Shown here: in pieces, positions 26,373 through 34,999 of the stretch | Position numbering within the stretch: the first letter of the stretch is position 1 | Layout of the letters: each line of letters begins with the position of its first letter | Sequence record: NZ_CP028352.1 | Strand: one strand, 5' to 3' | From: a plasmid | Length of the DNA stretch: 64,000 nt | Notes under the pieces: model-generated | Databases searched by the model: none | The model's input: the letters and a program-made list of their open reading frames with translations, nothing else | What the model was told of the DNA's origin: nothing | Made by a program: the position numbers and the translations under genes

Positions 26373-26387
26373 ACCGGGAGAAACACC

Positions 26388-27677
26388 ATGCGCTTTACAC
26401 TGGATAACGTAACCGCCCGTGAAATTCTTGACTCGCGCGGCAACCCCACCGTTGAAGTTGAAGCCCGGACTACGGACGGGATGATGGCGCGCGCCTCGGT
26501 GCCTTCCGGGGCCAGTACCGGCTCGCGCGAGGCCGCAGAGCGCCGCGACGGTGACGCACACCGTTTTGGCGGTAAAGGCGTGCTGGATGCCGTCAGGGCG
26601 GTTAATACGGAAATCTGCCAGGCCGTGCGCGGCAGCGACGTGCGCGAACAGCGTCAGCTGGACAACATCATGCTGGCGCTGGACGGCACGGAGAACAAGA
26701 GTCGCCTGGGTGCCAATGCCATTCTGGGCGTGTCGCTGGCGGTGGCCCGGCTGGCGGCACAGGCCTCCCACGAGCCGCTGTGGCGCTACCTGGGTGGCCT
26801 GCAGGCGAACCTGCTGCCCGTGCCGTGCATGAACATTATCAACGGCGGCGTGCACGCCCGCGGTCAGGGCGCGGACTTTCAGGAGTTCATGATAGCCCCG
26901 CACGGCGCACCCACGCTGCGCGAGGCCGTACGTCAGGGCAGCGAGGTCTACCAGGCGCTGCGCCAGATCCTGCTGGACAACAACCTGTCGGCGGCAGTGG
27001 GCGACGAAGGCGGTTTTGCGCCCGCCGTGTCGTCAAACCGCGACCCGCTGGCGTTTATCGTACAGGCCATTGAGAAAGCCGGATACCGGCCCGGAGAAGA
27101 CATCAGCATCTGCATGGACCCTGCCTCAAGTGAGTTTTTCGCAGACGGCAAATATCATCTGCGCACCGAGGGCAGCGCGCTGAGCGCGGCGGAAATGACG
27201 GCATACTACGGCGAGCTGATGGACCAGTTTCCCGTCATCCTGCTGGAAGACGGCCTGGCCGAGGACGACTGGGCGGGCTGGAAGCATTTGCACCGGCAGC
27301 TTGCGGGCAGGGCCGAACTGGTTGGTGACGACCTGTTTGTCACCAACGTGAAGTATATCCAGCGCGGCATTGACGAAAACCTCGCCAGCGCCGCACTGAT
27401 TAAACTCAATCAGATAGGCTCGCTCAGCGAAACGCTGGACGCCGTGGCGCTCTGCCAGCGGCACGGCTGGGGCGCGTTCATGTCCCACCGCAGCGGGGAA
27501 ACCACGGACACGTTCCTTGCCGACCTGACGGTGGCCCTGCGCGCGGGACACCTGAAAACCGGCGCGCCGTGCCGCGGCGAACGCGTGGAAAAGTACAACC
27601 AGCTGATGCGCATTGAGCAGGCGCTGGGTGACGATGCGCACTACGCGGGGCTTCATGCGTTTGTGCGCCGCACGTAG
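26388..27677 (+). CDS. eno: Enolase (phosphopyruvate hydratase), an extra plasmid/island-borne copy.
   Basis: MRFTLDNVTAREILDSRGNPTVEVEARTTDG... and ...SHRSGETTDTFLADLTVAL (enolase signatures). Confidence 0.85.
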   Translation: MRFTLDNVTAREILDSRGNPTVEVEARTTDGMMARASVPSGASTGSREAAERRDGDAHRFGGKGVLDAVRAVNTEICQAVRGSDVREQRQLDNIMLALDGTENKSRLGANAILGVSLAVARLAAQASHEPLWRYLGGLQANLLPVPCMNIINGGVHARGQGADFQEFMIAPHGAPTLREAVRQGSEVYQALRQILLDNNLSAAVGDEGGFAPAVSSNRDPLAFIVQAIEKAGYRPGEDISICMDPASSEFFADGKYHLRTEGSALSAAEMTAYYGELMDQFPVILLEDGLAEDDWAGWKHLHRQLAGRAELVGDDLFVTNVKYIQRGIDENLASAALIKLNQIGSLSETLDAVALCQRHGWGAFMSHRSGETTDTFLADLTVALRAGHLKTGAPCRGERVEKYNQLMRIEQALGDDAHYAGLHAFVRRT

Positions 27678-27714
27678 CACATCCGCCGGACGGTCCCCGT
27701 CCGGCACAGAAGGA

Positions 27715-28428
27715 ATGCCTGTGGCCTCTGCAACGCTGATCCTTTTGCGTCACGGCGAAAGCCAGTGGAACCGGGAAAACCGTTTTACCGGATGGACAGA
27801 CGTGCCGCTGACGGTCAGGGGGCGGCAGGAGGCCGACCGGGCCGGTGACGCGTTGCGGGCAGCGGGCCTGATGCCCGACCGTGTCTTCACCTCGGTGATG
27901 ACACGCTGCGTTCACACGGTCTGGCGGGTGCTGGACCGTCTTGACCGCAGCTGGACGCCCGTGGAAAAGAGCTGGCGACTGAATGAGCGCCACTACGGGG
28001 CGCTGCAGGGGCTGAACAAGGACGACGCTGCCCGGATAATGGGGGAAGAGACTGTCCGGCTCTGGCGCAAAAGCTTCAGCGGCATTCCGCCCGCGGACGC
28101 GGAGGCTCCGGCGCAGCTGCGTCGGGATCTGCGCTACCGCCGCGTTGCGCTGGCCGACCTGCCTGCAACGGAAAGCCTGGAAATGACGCTGCGCCGCGTC
28201 ATGCCGTACTGGCAGCATGCTGTGGTACCGCAGTTACGCTGCGGAAGTTCCGTTCTGGTTGTGGCGCACGGCAACACGCTGCGCGCCCTGACCGCCTTCC
28301 TGGACGGCATGCCTTACGACAGCGTGGCACAGCTGCACATCCCGACCGGCGTGCCGGTCGTATATCAGATGGATGCGGCCGCCCAGGTCGTGTCCCGTGA
28401 TGTTCTGAATATTAAAAAAAAGGAGTGA
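27715..28428 (+). CDS. gpmA: 2,3-bisphosphoglycerate-dependent phosphoglycerate mutase (GpmA-like).
   Basis: LILLRHGESQWNRENRFTGWTDV...LNERHYGALQGLNK...VVAHGNTLRAL is collinear with E. coli GpmA. Start chosen at MPVASA with a GAAGGA SD. Confidence 0.8.
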   Translation: MPVASATLILLRHGESQWNRENRFTGWTDVPLTVRGRQEADRAGDALRAAGLMPDRVFTSVMTRCVHTVWRVLDRLDRSWTPVEKSWRLNERHYGALQGLNKDDAARIMGEETVRLWRKSFSGIPPADAEAPAQLRRDLRYRRVALADLPATESLEMTLRRVMPYWQHAVVPQLRCGSSVLVVAHGNTLRALTAFLDGMPYDSVAQLHIPTGVPVVYQMDAAAQVVSRDVLNIKKKE

Positions 28429-28805
28429 ACGTGAATCAGCTTTTTGCCGTCATCACCGGCGGTGCTTTAGGGTGTGTTATCCGCTGGCAGCTGGGCGCGC
28501 GCCTGAATGCGCTTTTTCCGGACCTGCCGCCGGGGACGCTGCTGGTCAACCTGCTGGGTGGATTTATCATCGGGGCGGCCCTGGCGTATTTTCTGCGCCA
28601 TCCCGGCCTCGATCCGGCCTGGCGGCTGCTCATTACCACCGGGCTGTGTGGAGGAATGACGACCTTCTCCACATTTTCAGCTGAGGTTTTTGCCCTGCTG
28701 CAGTCAGGCAGCTATGCCTGGGCAGCCGCCTCGGTGCTGATACACGTGCTGGGTTCGCTGGCCATGACGGCGGCCGGATTTTATATCATGACGCTGTGTG
28801 GTTAA
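28425..28805 (+). CDS. crcB: Fluoride ion channel CrcB/Fluc.
   Basis: 126-aa four-TM protein MNQLFAVITGGALGCVIRWQL...GFIIGAAL...GLCGGMTTFSTFS (Fluc signature). ATGA overlap with gpmA. Confidence 0.8.
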   Translation: MNVNQLFAVITGGALGCVIRWQLGARLNALFPDLPPGTLLVNLLGGFIIGAALAYFLRHPGLDPAWRLLITTGLCGGMTTFSTFSAEVFALLQSGSYAWAAASVLIHVLGSLAMTAAGFYIMTLCG

Positions 28806-28972
28806 CCCGGACCGTACGGCCTTTAATCCAGGCGAGACCTCAGTGCAGCGACCGCTGCACTGAGGTCAGACAGTTCAGTATATTGTTCAGAAGCGCTCTC
28901 TGCGGGCCTGACCCGACAGGGTTTACGCCTGTAATGCTTCTCGTAAATCCGGGGCACTGTCGTGACAGAGTT

Positions 28973-29386
28973 TCAGGTCTGTCTGTTCTGGTAAAGGTCC
29001 CAGCGATTGCCATAGATGTCCTCAAACACGACAACCATTCCGTATTCTTCCTCCCGCGGCTCCTGACAGAAGTGGACGCCTTTTGCCTTCATGGCATTGT
29101 AGTCGCGCCAGAAGTTGTCGGTCTGCAGGAACAGAAAAACCCGTCCGCCGCACTGATTGCCAATAAAGCTTTCCTGCCGATCGTTCGACGCGCGGGCAAG
29201 AAGAATAGCACAGTCGCTGTCAGGGTCCGGCGTCACCACGACCCAGCGCTTACCCGGCTGCGGCGTGTCCTCAATCAGGGTAAAGCCCAGCTTATCGGTG
29301 TAATACTCAATTGCACGATCGTAGTCATCGACCACAACAGCCACATACCCCATACATCGCTTCTGTTTTCTCATCTGCGGCTCCAT
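28973..29386 (-). CDS. VOC/glyoxalase-bleomycin-resistance family protein.
   Basis: 137 aa. GYVAVVVDDYDRAIEYYTDKLGF...EDIYGNRWDL has the typical paired beta-alpha-beta-beta-beta module. Confidence 0.65.
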   Translation of the reverse strand: MEPQMRKQKRCMGYVAVVVDDYDRAIEYYTDKLGFTLIEDTPQPGKRWVVVTPDPDSDCAILLARASNDRQESFIGNQCGGRVFLFLQTDNFWRDYNAMKAKGVHFCQEPREEEYGMVVVFEDIYGNRWDLYQNRQT

Positions 29387-29499
29387 CAGTTACGGCATCA
29401 CGCCCGCTATAATCAGATTTATATCAGATACGACGTTCGGTCGTCTGTACTGACTCTGCGCTGACACCCTCAGGCCGGACATTGTAAGCATCTGATCCG

Positions 29500-31617
29500 T
29501 CAGGATTGTGGATCCAGTCTTGTAAGAACCCGCTCAACCTTTTCAGCATCCTGCTCCAGTATGGATCTCTCATCGGGAGTGAGCGGAACCTCTTCGAGGT
29601 AACGCCGGATGGATGCTTTACTCTCCATTATCAGCCCGCGCGCGCTGTCTTTAAGCAGGTTAAAATCGCAGCCGATGCAGGCCATCCGGTGCTGACAGCT
29701 GCTCCAGAAAGGGTTCGTGCAGTATGAGTCACCCAGATCATAGTACGTCGCGGGTCCGGTCAGACTGGCGGCTTCCGGATCGTGGTCAATCAGCACGCTT
29801 ATCATATGAGAGACCCTGTCGGCTTTGACGAACGAAGCGGCCAGCTGAGTCGGACGTATACGAATATAATGCAGGGTTGACTGTGGGGATGAATGGCCGG
29901 ACCACTGCATCAGCTCATGTAAAGACATCCCCCCGGCAACACTGGCCAGTGCTGTAACGGCAGAAGCACGGCCGCGGTGGCTGGTAATGGGACCGCGTGA
30001 ATCTTCCACAGACATACCCGCTCTGGCGCAGAGAAGCGGAATGACAGTGAGATTTATTATGTTTCTTCCCACCGGTTTACCCCGGTTCTGAAACAGATAA
30101 CGAACTTTTTCACCGGTGCGTTCATCCGTAAATGCTGCCTGCTCCTGAGGACGCTCACTGAGCCAGATATCGACATATTTTTTCACAACAGACGAGACTG
30201 GCTTAACAAAAGCTTTAGACGTTTTGCCGGCTGGTACGCTGAGATAGCACAGAGTACCGGCCGGGACAGGGCTGCTGTTTTCCTGCAGAATGTCATCCAC
30301 CTGTGGGGTAACGCAGTTCATTGTCAGGCGCAACAGCTCGTTCTGTCGCAGCCCGGCATGCGTCCAGATAACCGCCATAGCCTGAAGCATAGACAGGGGA
30401 TAATGAATTTCGCTCAGCAAATCTTCCTGACGCAGGTTCAGACTCGCCCAGACCAGTCTGAGCCAGACCGGATCATCAATAACGCGGGGGCTCACGCCCT
30501 GACGAAACAGCGGTGTATCAGGCGTGGACAGATGGCGGGCCGGACTGAACTTTAATCGCCCCCATCCCCAGCTTTCATAATCAAGCATAAAACGGCGAAT
30601 GGCATAAACAAACCGGCTGCGGGAATGCGGCATCAGGGGTTCTCCTGAGCGTTTTGATTGTCTGCCCCCTTTCTTTGTATCCAGTGACAGCTCGTCTACT
30701 TTCAGTCTGCCGACCATTGCAATAAAGCTGGCGCAGGTTTCCATTGTCCAGTCAGAGGGCTCGCATATTTCCGGCTTTTCCCGGGCAAGCCACAGGCCAC
30801 AGCGGAGAATAAAACTGTACTGAGTTTCTCTGGAGCGGGGGCGGAGTACCGACGTTTCCCGCCACATCCGGCACCACCGCGCCCAGTCAGGTGCGATACC
30901 TTGTGTTGGCTTTTCATGCCATTCCTGATAGTTACGCATTCTCAGGGGGCTCTCTATAATTCCCATAGCAGCAAGCGCACAGGATATTTTCCCCGTAGCT
31001 CTTGCGATTCCCCGGTCGTGGCAGTTCTGCCCCCGCCACAGGAGGTCTGTCGTAAAAGTTCCAAGACGCGGGTCGTTGTTCATCAGCATCAGTACACCCA
31101 GCATACCGGACATATTGTGCTTCTGATTCTGCCCGGCATATCCCATTGAGATCAGAACGTCTGTCAGCCGGTTAATTTCATGACTGACAATACTCCGGCC
31201 ATATATAGCACTGGCGTACAACGACGGTGCGCCATGCACTGGCAGGCTGAGCGGAGAAGAAAACGGACCGAGATGAAAGGCAAAAGCAGCAAGCAGGGGC
31301 CTGCCGGAACAGTGTTGCTCACAGAGCGTTAACCATCTTTCCTGCGTCCACTGCCAGCAGGGCTGACCCGACCGGTGCGTTTCTGCAAGAACGGCAAGGA
31401 GGGTAATTCTGGCAAGTCTGACACTGATACTGCTTCGTGAGGCAATGTCCTGCAGAGGCAGCAGCAAATATGGCAGGGAATCTGGCCGATCGAGCGCAGC
31501 AGACCGCCGGTAGCCTGTACGTATCGCGTCTTTTTCCTCAGGACTCAGCGCATCGCTCAGCTGATAATCTGTGCGTTTGAAAGGTATATAAGTGACTGTG
31601 TTTTTTTTTCCACTCAT
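29500..31617 (-). CDS. Large tyrosine recombinase (705 aa), Tn554 TnpB-like, of the element.
   Basis: C-terminal catalytic region ...LMQWSGHSSPQSTLHYIRI... (H-x-x-R ... Y). ATGA overlap with the 335-aa recombinase gene. Confidence 0.65.
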   Translation of the reverse strand: MSGKKNTVTYIPFKRTDYQLSDALSPEEKDAIRTGYRRSAALDRPDSLPYLLLPLQDIASRSSISVRLARITLLAVLAETHRSGQPCWQWTQERWLTLCEQHCSGRPLLAAFAFHLGPFSSPLSLPVHGAPSLYASAIYGRSIVSHEINRLTDVLISMGYAGQNQKHNMSGMLGVLMLMNNDPRLGTFTTDLLWRGQNCHDRGIARATGKISCALAAMGIIESPLRMRNYQEWHEKPTQGIAPDWARWCRMWRETSVLRPRSRETQYSFILRCGLWLAREKPEICEPSDWTMETCASFIAMVGRLKVDELSLDTKKGGRQSKRSGEPLMPHSRSRFVYAIRRFMLDYESWGWGRLKFSPARHLSTPDTPLFRQGVSPRVIDDPVWLRLVWASLNLRQEDLLSEIHYPLSMLQAMAVIWTHAGLRQNELLRLTMNCVTPQVDDILQENSSPVPAGTLCYLSVPAGKTSKAFVKPVSSVVKKYVDIWLSERPQEQAAFTDERTGEKVRYLFQNRGKPVGRNIINLTVIPLLCARAGMSVEDSRGPITSHRGRASAVTALASVAGGMSLHELMQWSGHSSPQSTLHYIRIRPTQLAASFVKADRVSHMISVLIDHDPEAASLTGPATYYDLGDSYCTNPFWSSCQHRMACIGCDFNLLKDSARGLIMESKASIRRYLEEVPLTPDERSILEQDAEKVERVLTRLDPQS

Positions 31618-32624
31618 CAGTAAGCCCCCGCCTGAAAAATAAGGCCAGCGATTTTCCTGTCGGTTTCAGCTACGGCTGCGGTTATCCGGCCAGACAGATC
31701 GGACCCTGACAGATGGATATAAATCTGTGTGGTGCGCGGATCTCTGTGTCCAGCATAAGTCGCCAGCTCATGCAGCTTCCAGCCGGCCCGAGCCAGATGG
31801 GTCAGGCGAAGATGGCGAAAGGTGTGGGTTGTAATCTGTGGAAGCCCCGTATCCAGAGCCCATCTGCGCACGGTTTTACTCCAGCTCCACACAGAAAGAA
31901 GAGTGCCGTAATTACGATCAGAAAATGAACGGAACAACGCCCCCTGTGTCCGGCCAGCCCGCTTCAGCTGCCGGAAAAGGTTTGCCAGTACCGGCGTAAT
32001 GTCCGGACCATAGCACACAACCCTTTCACGCCGGCTTTTCGTTGTTTCCGGGCGGATACGGATCAGGCGATGAGCAGGGTCGATATCCTCAAGCGTCAGG
32101 GCTGTCACCTCTGCACGGCGGAGTGCACCAAAATAGGCCAGTGCGAGCATCAGCCGGTCCCGCAGGGAAGCAGCTGAAACATGTTTAAGAAATCTCAGCC
32201 ATTGTTCATTGTCAGGTATTACAGGTAAGCGGGTGATACGCGGGACAAGCCCCCGCCCGGTATAAATGGCACCCGGTAAACCCGCGCGGGGTAGCGGATT
32301 GAGACTGCATATATCCTGATAAACAAGAAAGTCATACCAGAGACGGATAGCAGACAGGCGCAGCTGGAGCGTGGCACTGGCCGCAGGGTAAGGCATGCCA
32401 GGCAGCTGAGGGCGGATGTAGGCGGCGAGGTCTTCAAACCGGGCTTTTTCAGGTTCAATTCCGTTCTCGCTGCAGAACGAAAAGTAATGATGAAGGGCGC
32501 TACGGTAGGCGGTGAGTGTGCCCTGCGCCCGCCCGAGATCGGATAACAGTTTCAGCCAGCGCTCTGCCAGCAATAGGCTTTGTTCATTCGGTGGGATCAG
32601 CATCGTGTTCTCCTCTGACAGCAA
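31617..32624 (-). CDS. Tyrosine recombinase (335 aa), XerC/Tn554 TnpA-like, of the element.
   Basis: N-terminal core-binding domain; C-terminal THTFRHLRLTHLARAGWKLHELATYAGHRDPRTTQIYIHLS (R-H-R-Y). Confidence 0.75.
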   Translation of the reverse strand: MLSEENTMLIPPNEQSLLLAERWLKLLSDLGRAQGTLTAYRSALHHYFSFCSENGIEPEKARFEDLAAYIRPQLPGMPYPAASATLQLRLSAIRLWYDFLVYQDICSLNPLPRAGLPGAIYTGRGLVPRITRLPVIPDNEQWLRFLKHVSAASLRDRLMLALAYFGALRRAEVTALTLEDIDPAHRLIRIRPETTKSRRERVVCYGPDITPVLANLFRQLKRAGRTQGALFRSFSDRNYGTLLSVWSWSKTVRRWALDTGLPQITTHTFRHLRLTHLARAGWKLHELATYAGHRDPRTTQIYIHLSGSDLSGRITAAVAETDRKIAGLIFQAGAY

Positions 32625-32674
32625 TATCGCTGCTCAAAGTTTACTCACTCAATGTTGCATTCCACTTAACTTAC

Positions 32675-32904
32675 TACAGCTCGTAATTCGAACTGAATAC
32701 ATGCACGCCGTTCTGCCTGAAAAATCGCTCATTCTGAAAAAGCGGCGCCGCCATTTTTATCCCCAGGCGCTTTGCTTCCGCCGATCGCGCAATCACGCAG
32801 CCGTCATTATTCGAAACGACAACAATTGGTTTGCCGCGCAGATCGGGCCTGAATACGGTTTCACATGAGGCATAAAAGTTGTTGGCATCGGCCAGCGCAA
32901 ACAT
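32675..32904 (-). pseudogene. umuC: 5' fragment of the disrupted umuC-like gene (codons 1 to ~77).
   Basis: MFALADANNFYASCETVFRPDLRGKPIVVVSNNDGCVIARSAEAKRLGIKMAAPLFQ...FSSNYEL, then cut by the element end. The in-frame stop is contributed by element DNA. Confidence 0.8.
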
Positions 32905-32906
32905 TC

Positions 32907-33284
32907 CTATTCTCCTGCCGGTCCGTTGAATCCCACTCCAGCTACATCGGTGAGGGCATAGGCAACTACTCCCCATACGGGAAGCATCTGGCTCACATCA
33001 AGCAGCGTTACAGTCTCGTCAGCATCCAGCGCCTGCAGGGCAGGAACCGGATTAAGCAGCAGGCGCCTTAATGTCAGCTCCCCGTCAAGTTCAGCCACGA
33101 TAAGCTGACCGTGTGCGGGTATCAGCGCGCGATCGATGGCCAGTACGGACCCTTTAACAATACCGGCGTCGGGAAAATTACTGTCGCTGCGCATCAGATA
33201 GGTCGAGTAAGGGGAAAGATGCACAAGATCACCCAGATTAAGGCGCGTTTCAGTGTAGTTCTGGGCCGGACTCTGAAAGGCCAT
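32907..33284 (-). CDS. umuD: UmuD-like protein, divergent (probably non-cleaving; catalytic Ser/Lys not conserved).
   Basis: Collinear with UmuD (FQSPAQNYTETRLNL..., GVVAYAL). But GDSM is replaced by SDSNF, and TVKKLQL by TLRRLLL (Lys to Arg). Confidence 0.6.
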   Translation of the reverse strand: MAFQSPAQNYTETRLNLGDLVHLSPYSTYLMRSDSNFPDAGIVKGSVLAIDRALIPAHGQLIVAELDGELTLRRLLLNPVPALQALDADETVTLLDVSQMLPVWGVVAYALTDVAGVGFNGPAGE

Positions 33285-33422
33285 GCAAATACTCCATTCT
33301 TTACAGCTTTTCAGCCTTGTAAGGTGAACCAGATAACGACCAGGTGTCCGTCGCGCGGGCGCATTTAATACTCCTGATATCAGTATACGTCGCTATCCTT
33401 ACATCAACAGCAGGAGGTAACT

Positions 33423-34103
33423 ATGTGTGGAAGATTTGCGCAGTACAGCAGCCGCGATGATTATTTTGATGCACTCAGCCTGACACCGGACGAAATCACA
33501 TTCGATCCGGAACCTCTCGGGCGCTTTAACGTAGCACCAGGCACTAAAGTACTCCTTCTGAACGAACAGGAAGATTCGCTGCGCCTCGATCCTGTGTACT
33601 GGGGCTACGGACCGGAATGGTGGGATAAGCAGCCACTTATCAACGCGCGCGGTGAGACGGCTGCGAGCGGCCGCATGTTTAAGCCTCTCTGGAATCATGG
33701 CCGCGCTATCGTGCCTGCTGACGGCTGGTTCGAATGGCAGAAAGAAAGTGGTGAGAAGCAGCCATTCTTCATTTTTCACAAAAAGAAGGAGCCTCTTTAT
33801 TTTGCCGCAATCGGCAGGCAGCCGTACGGGCAGGATCACGGCAAAGAGGGCTTCGTGATTGTCACCTCAGCCAGCAATCAGGGCATGGTGGATATACATG
33901 ACAGGCGGCCGCTGGTGATTACGCCTGATGCCGTTCGTGAGTGGCTCAGCAATGAAACGTCTCCAGCGCGTGCAGAAGAAATTGCTCATGACGCAGCCGT
34001 TCCGGAAAAAGCATTTACCTGGCATCCCGTCAGCAAAAAAGTAGGCAATATACATAACCAGGGAAAAGAACTGATTGAGGCTGTAGTGGACAGTGATGTT
34101 TAG
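33423..34103 (+). CDS. yedK: SOS-response-associated peptidase (SRAP/YedK) abasic-site DNA-protein crosslinking protein.
   Basis: MCGRFAQYSS... (invariant N-terminal Cys2), ...RPLVITPD..., 226 aa. Confidence 0.8.
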   Translation: MCGRFAQYSSRDDYFDALSLTPDEITFDPEPLGRFNVAPGTKVLLLNEQEDSLRLDPVYWGYGPEWWDKQPLINARGETAASGRMFKPLWNHGRAIVPADGWFEWQKESGEKQPFFIFHKKKEPLYFAAIGRQPYGQDHGKEGFVIVTSASNQGMVDIHDRRPLVITPDAVREWLSNETSPARAEEIAHDAAVPEKAFTWHPVSKKVGNIHNQGKELIEAVVDSDV

Positions 34104-34999
34104 TCGAAATGGTTTTCTTCTATACAGTCGTTCATTGTCCCTTCCAGAACGCGGCCTAAATCCGGAAATCCAGCCTTTAACAGAACAGTCGCAGCCCGTT
34201 CAGCCTTAGGGTCGTGCCGGTCTAACCACACCACATTCAGTCCTTTGTTTCCGCCCTGGTGATAGTGAAGGTTATCCGGCATTTCTGACAGTCCGAACGG
34301 ACACCTGTCACGTTCCATTGCATCCATGAATGTGGAATAAGCGGCAGAAAAGGGGATCAGAAAGAGGTGCCAGCGATGTCTGAGTAAAGTTACTCCGCGC
34401 TTACTGAGGATGTACCTGGACAGCCTGCCCTTAAGTGGCCAGTTAATTCCGAGCTGCAGTGCGATGTGACGTGCTGCGGACAAATGATGTGAGCCATCAT
34501 CATTGTTCCAGTAAAGGCCTCTGCCAGTCCAGGAAAAAGCGCTGAATGTCATATCATCAAGTTTAACTGAGGGATAAGTTATCATTTCTCTCATTCTGGA
34601 TTCAGTAACCGGCTTGATGTAATCAGGACAGAACATCTGAGCAAACGCCTCCATGTCTTTTGCGGAAGAAACGTTGTTACTCGATGAACTCATTCCGATC
34701 ACGTCGGTGAGATTGCATCTGTGGTTTACAAGCGTTTCTTCCTGAACAAGGCTGCTAACCTCCGCAATAGCCAGCTGGACTTTTTCCATACTTTCGGAAG
34801 ACTGAAAACGGAAATATTCAATGCAGCCAGTTTTACCGAAGTTGCTGATATCAAGCCATTCATCCCATCTGACCACTGACGTCAGGCAGGCTGAACGAGG
34901 GACGAGCACTAATGGCTGCGGAACAAGTTTTCCGTTCCAGATGGCCAGCTTTAGTGCGATGGGGCCGAAACCGATCCTCTTGATGATATTCCGTACCAA
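34100..34999 (-). CDS. Hypothetical protein (299 aa).
   Basis: Long ORF with normal codon usage and no recognisable motif. ATGA-type overlap with the yedK stop on the opposite strand. Confidence 0.4.
   Translation of the reverse strand: MVRNIIKRIGFGPIALKLAIWNGKLVPQPLVLVPRSACLTSVVRWDEWLDISNFGKTGCIEYFRFQSSESMEKVQLAIAEVSSLVQEETLVNHRCNLTDVIGMSSSSNNVSSAKDMEAFAQMFCPDYIKPVTESRMREMITYPSVKLDDMTFSAFSWTGRGLYWNNDDGSHHLSAARHIALQLGINWPLKGRLSRYILSKRGVTLLRHRWHLFLIPFSAAYSTFMDAMERDRCPFGLSEMPDNLHYHQGGNKGLNVVWLDRHDPKAERAATVLLKAGFPDLGRVLEGTMNDCIEENHFD

Larger units (their letters stand above)
21691..32674. mobile_element. ~11-kb Tn554-like (tyrosine-recombinase pair) mobile element carrying a fluoride-resistance operon, inserted in umuC.
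   Basis: Joining the flanks 32675.. (..AAT TAC GAG CTG TA) and ..21690 (T GGC GAC ATG..) restores an in-frame UmuC-like sequence NYELYGDMSARMM. Imperfect terminal IRs TTTATGTGGAATGCAAT (21691-) and ATTGCATTCCACTTAAC rc (-32674). Two adjacent tyrosine recombinases (335 and 705 aa) sit at the right end. Confidence 0.75.

Noticed and set aside
25026-28218. Several long minus-strand ORFs (259, 358, 193 and 246 aa) antisense to ppaC, usp, eno and gpmA
   Set aside because: They overlap recognisable plus-strand genes (enolase, GpmA, etc.). Their compositions are Arg/Ala/Gly-rich artefacts of 65% GC, with no start context.
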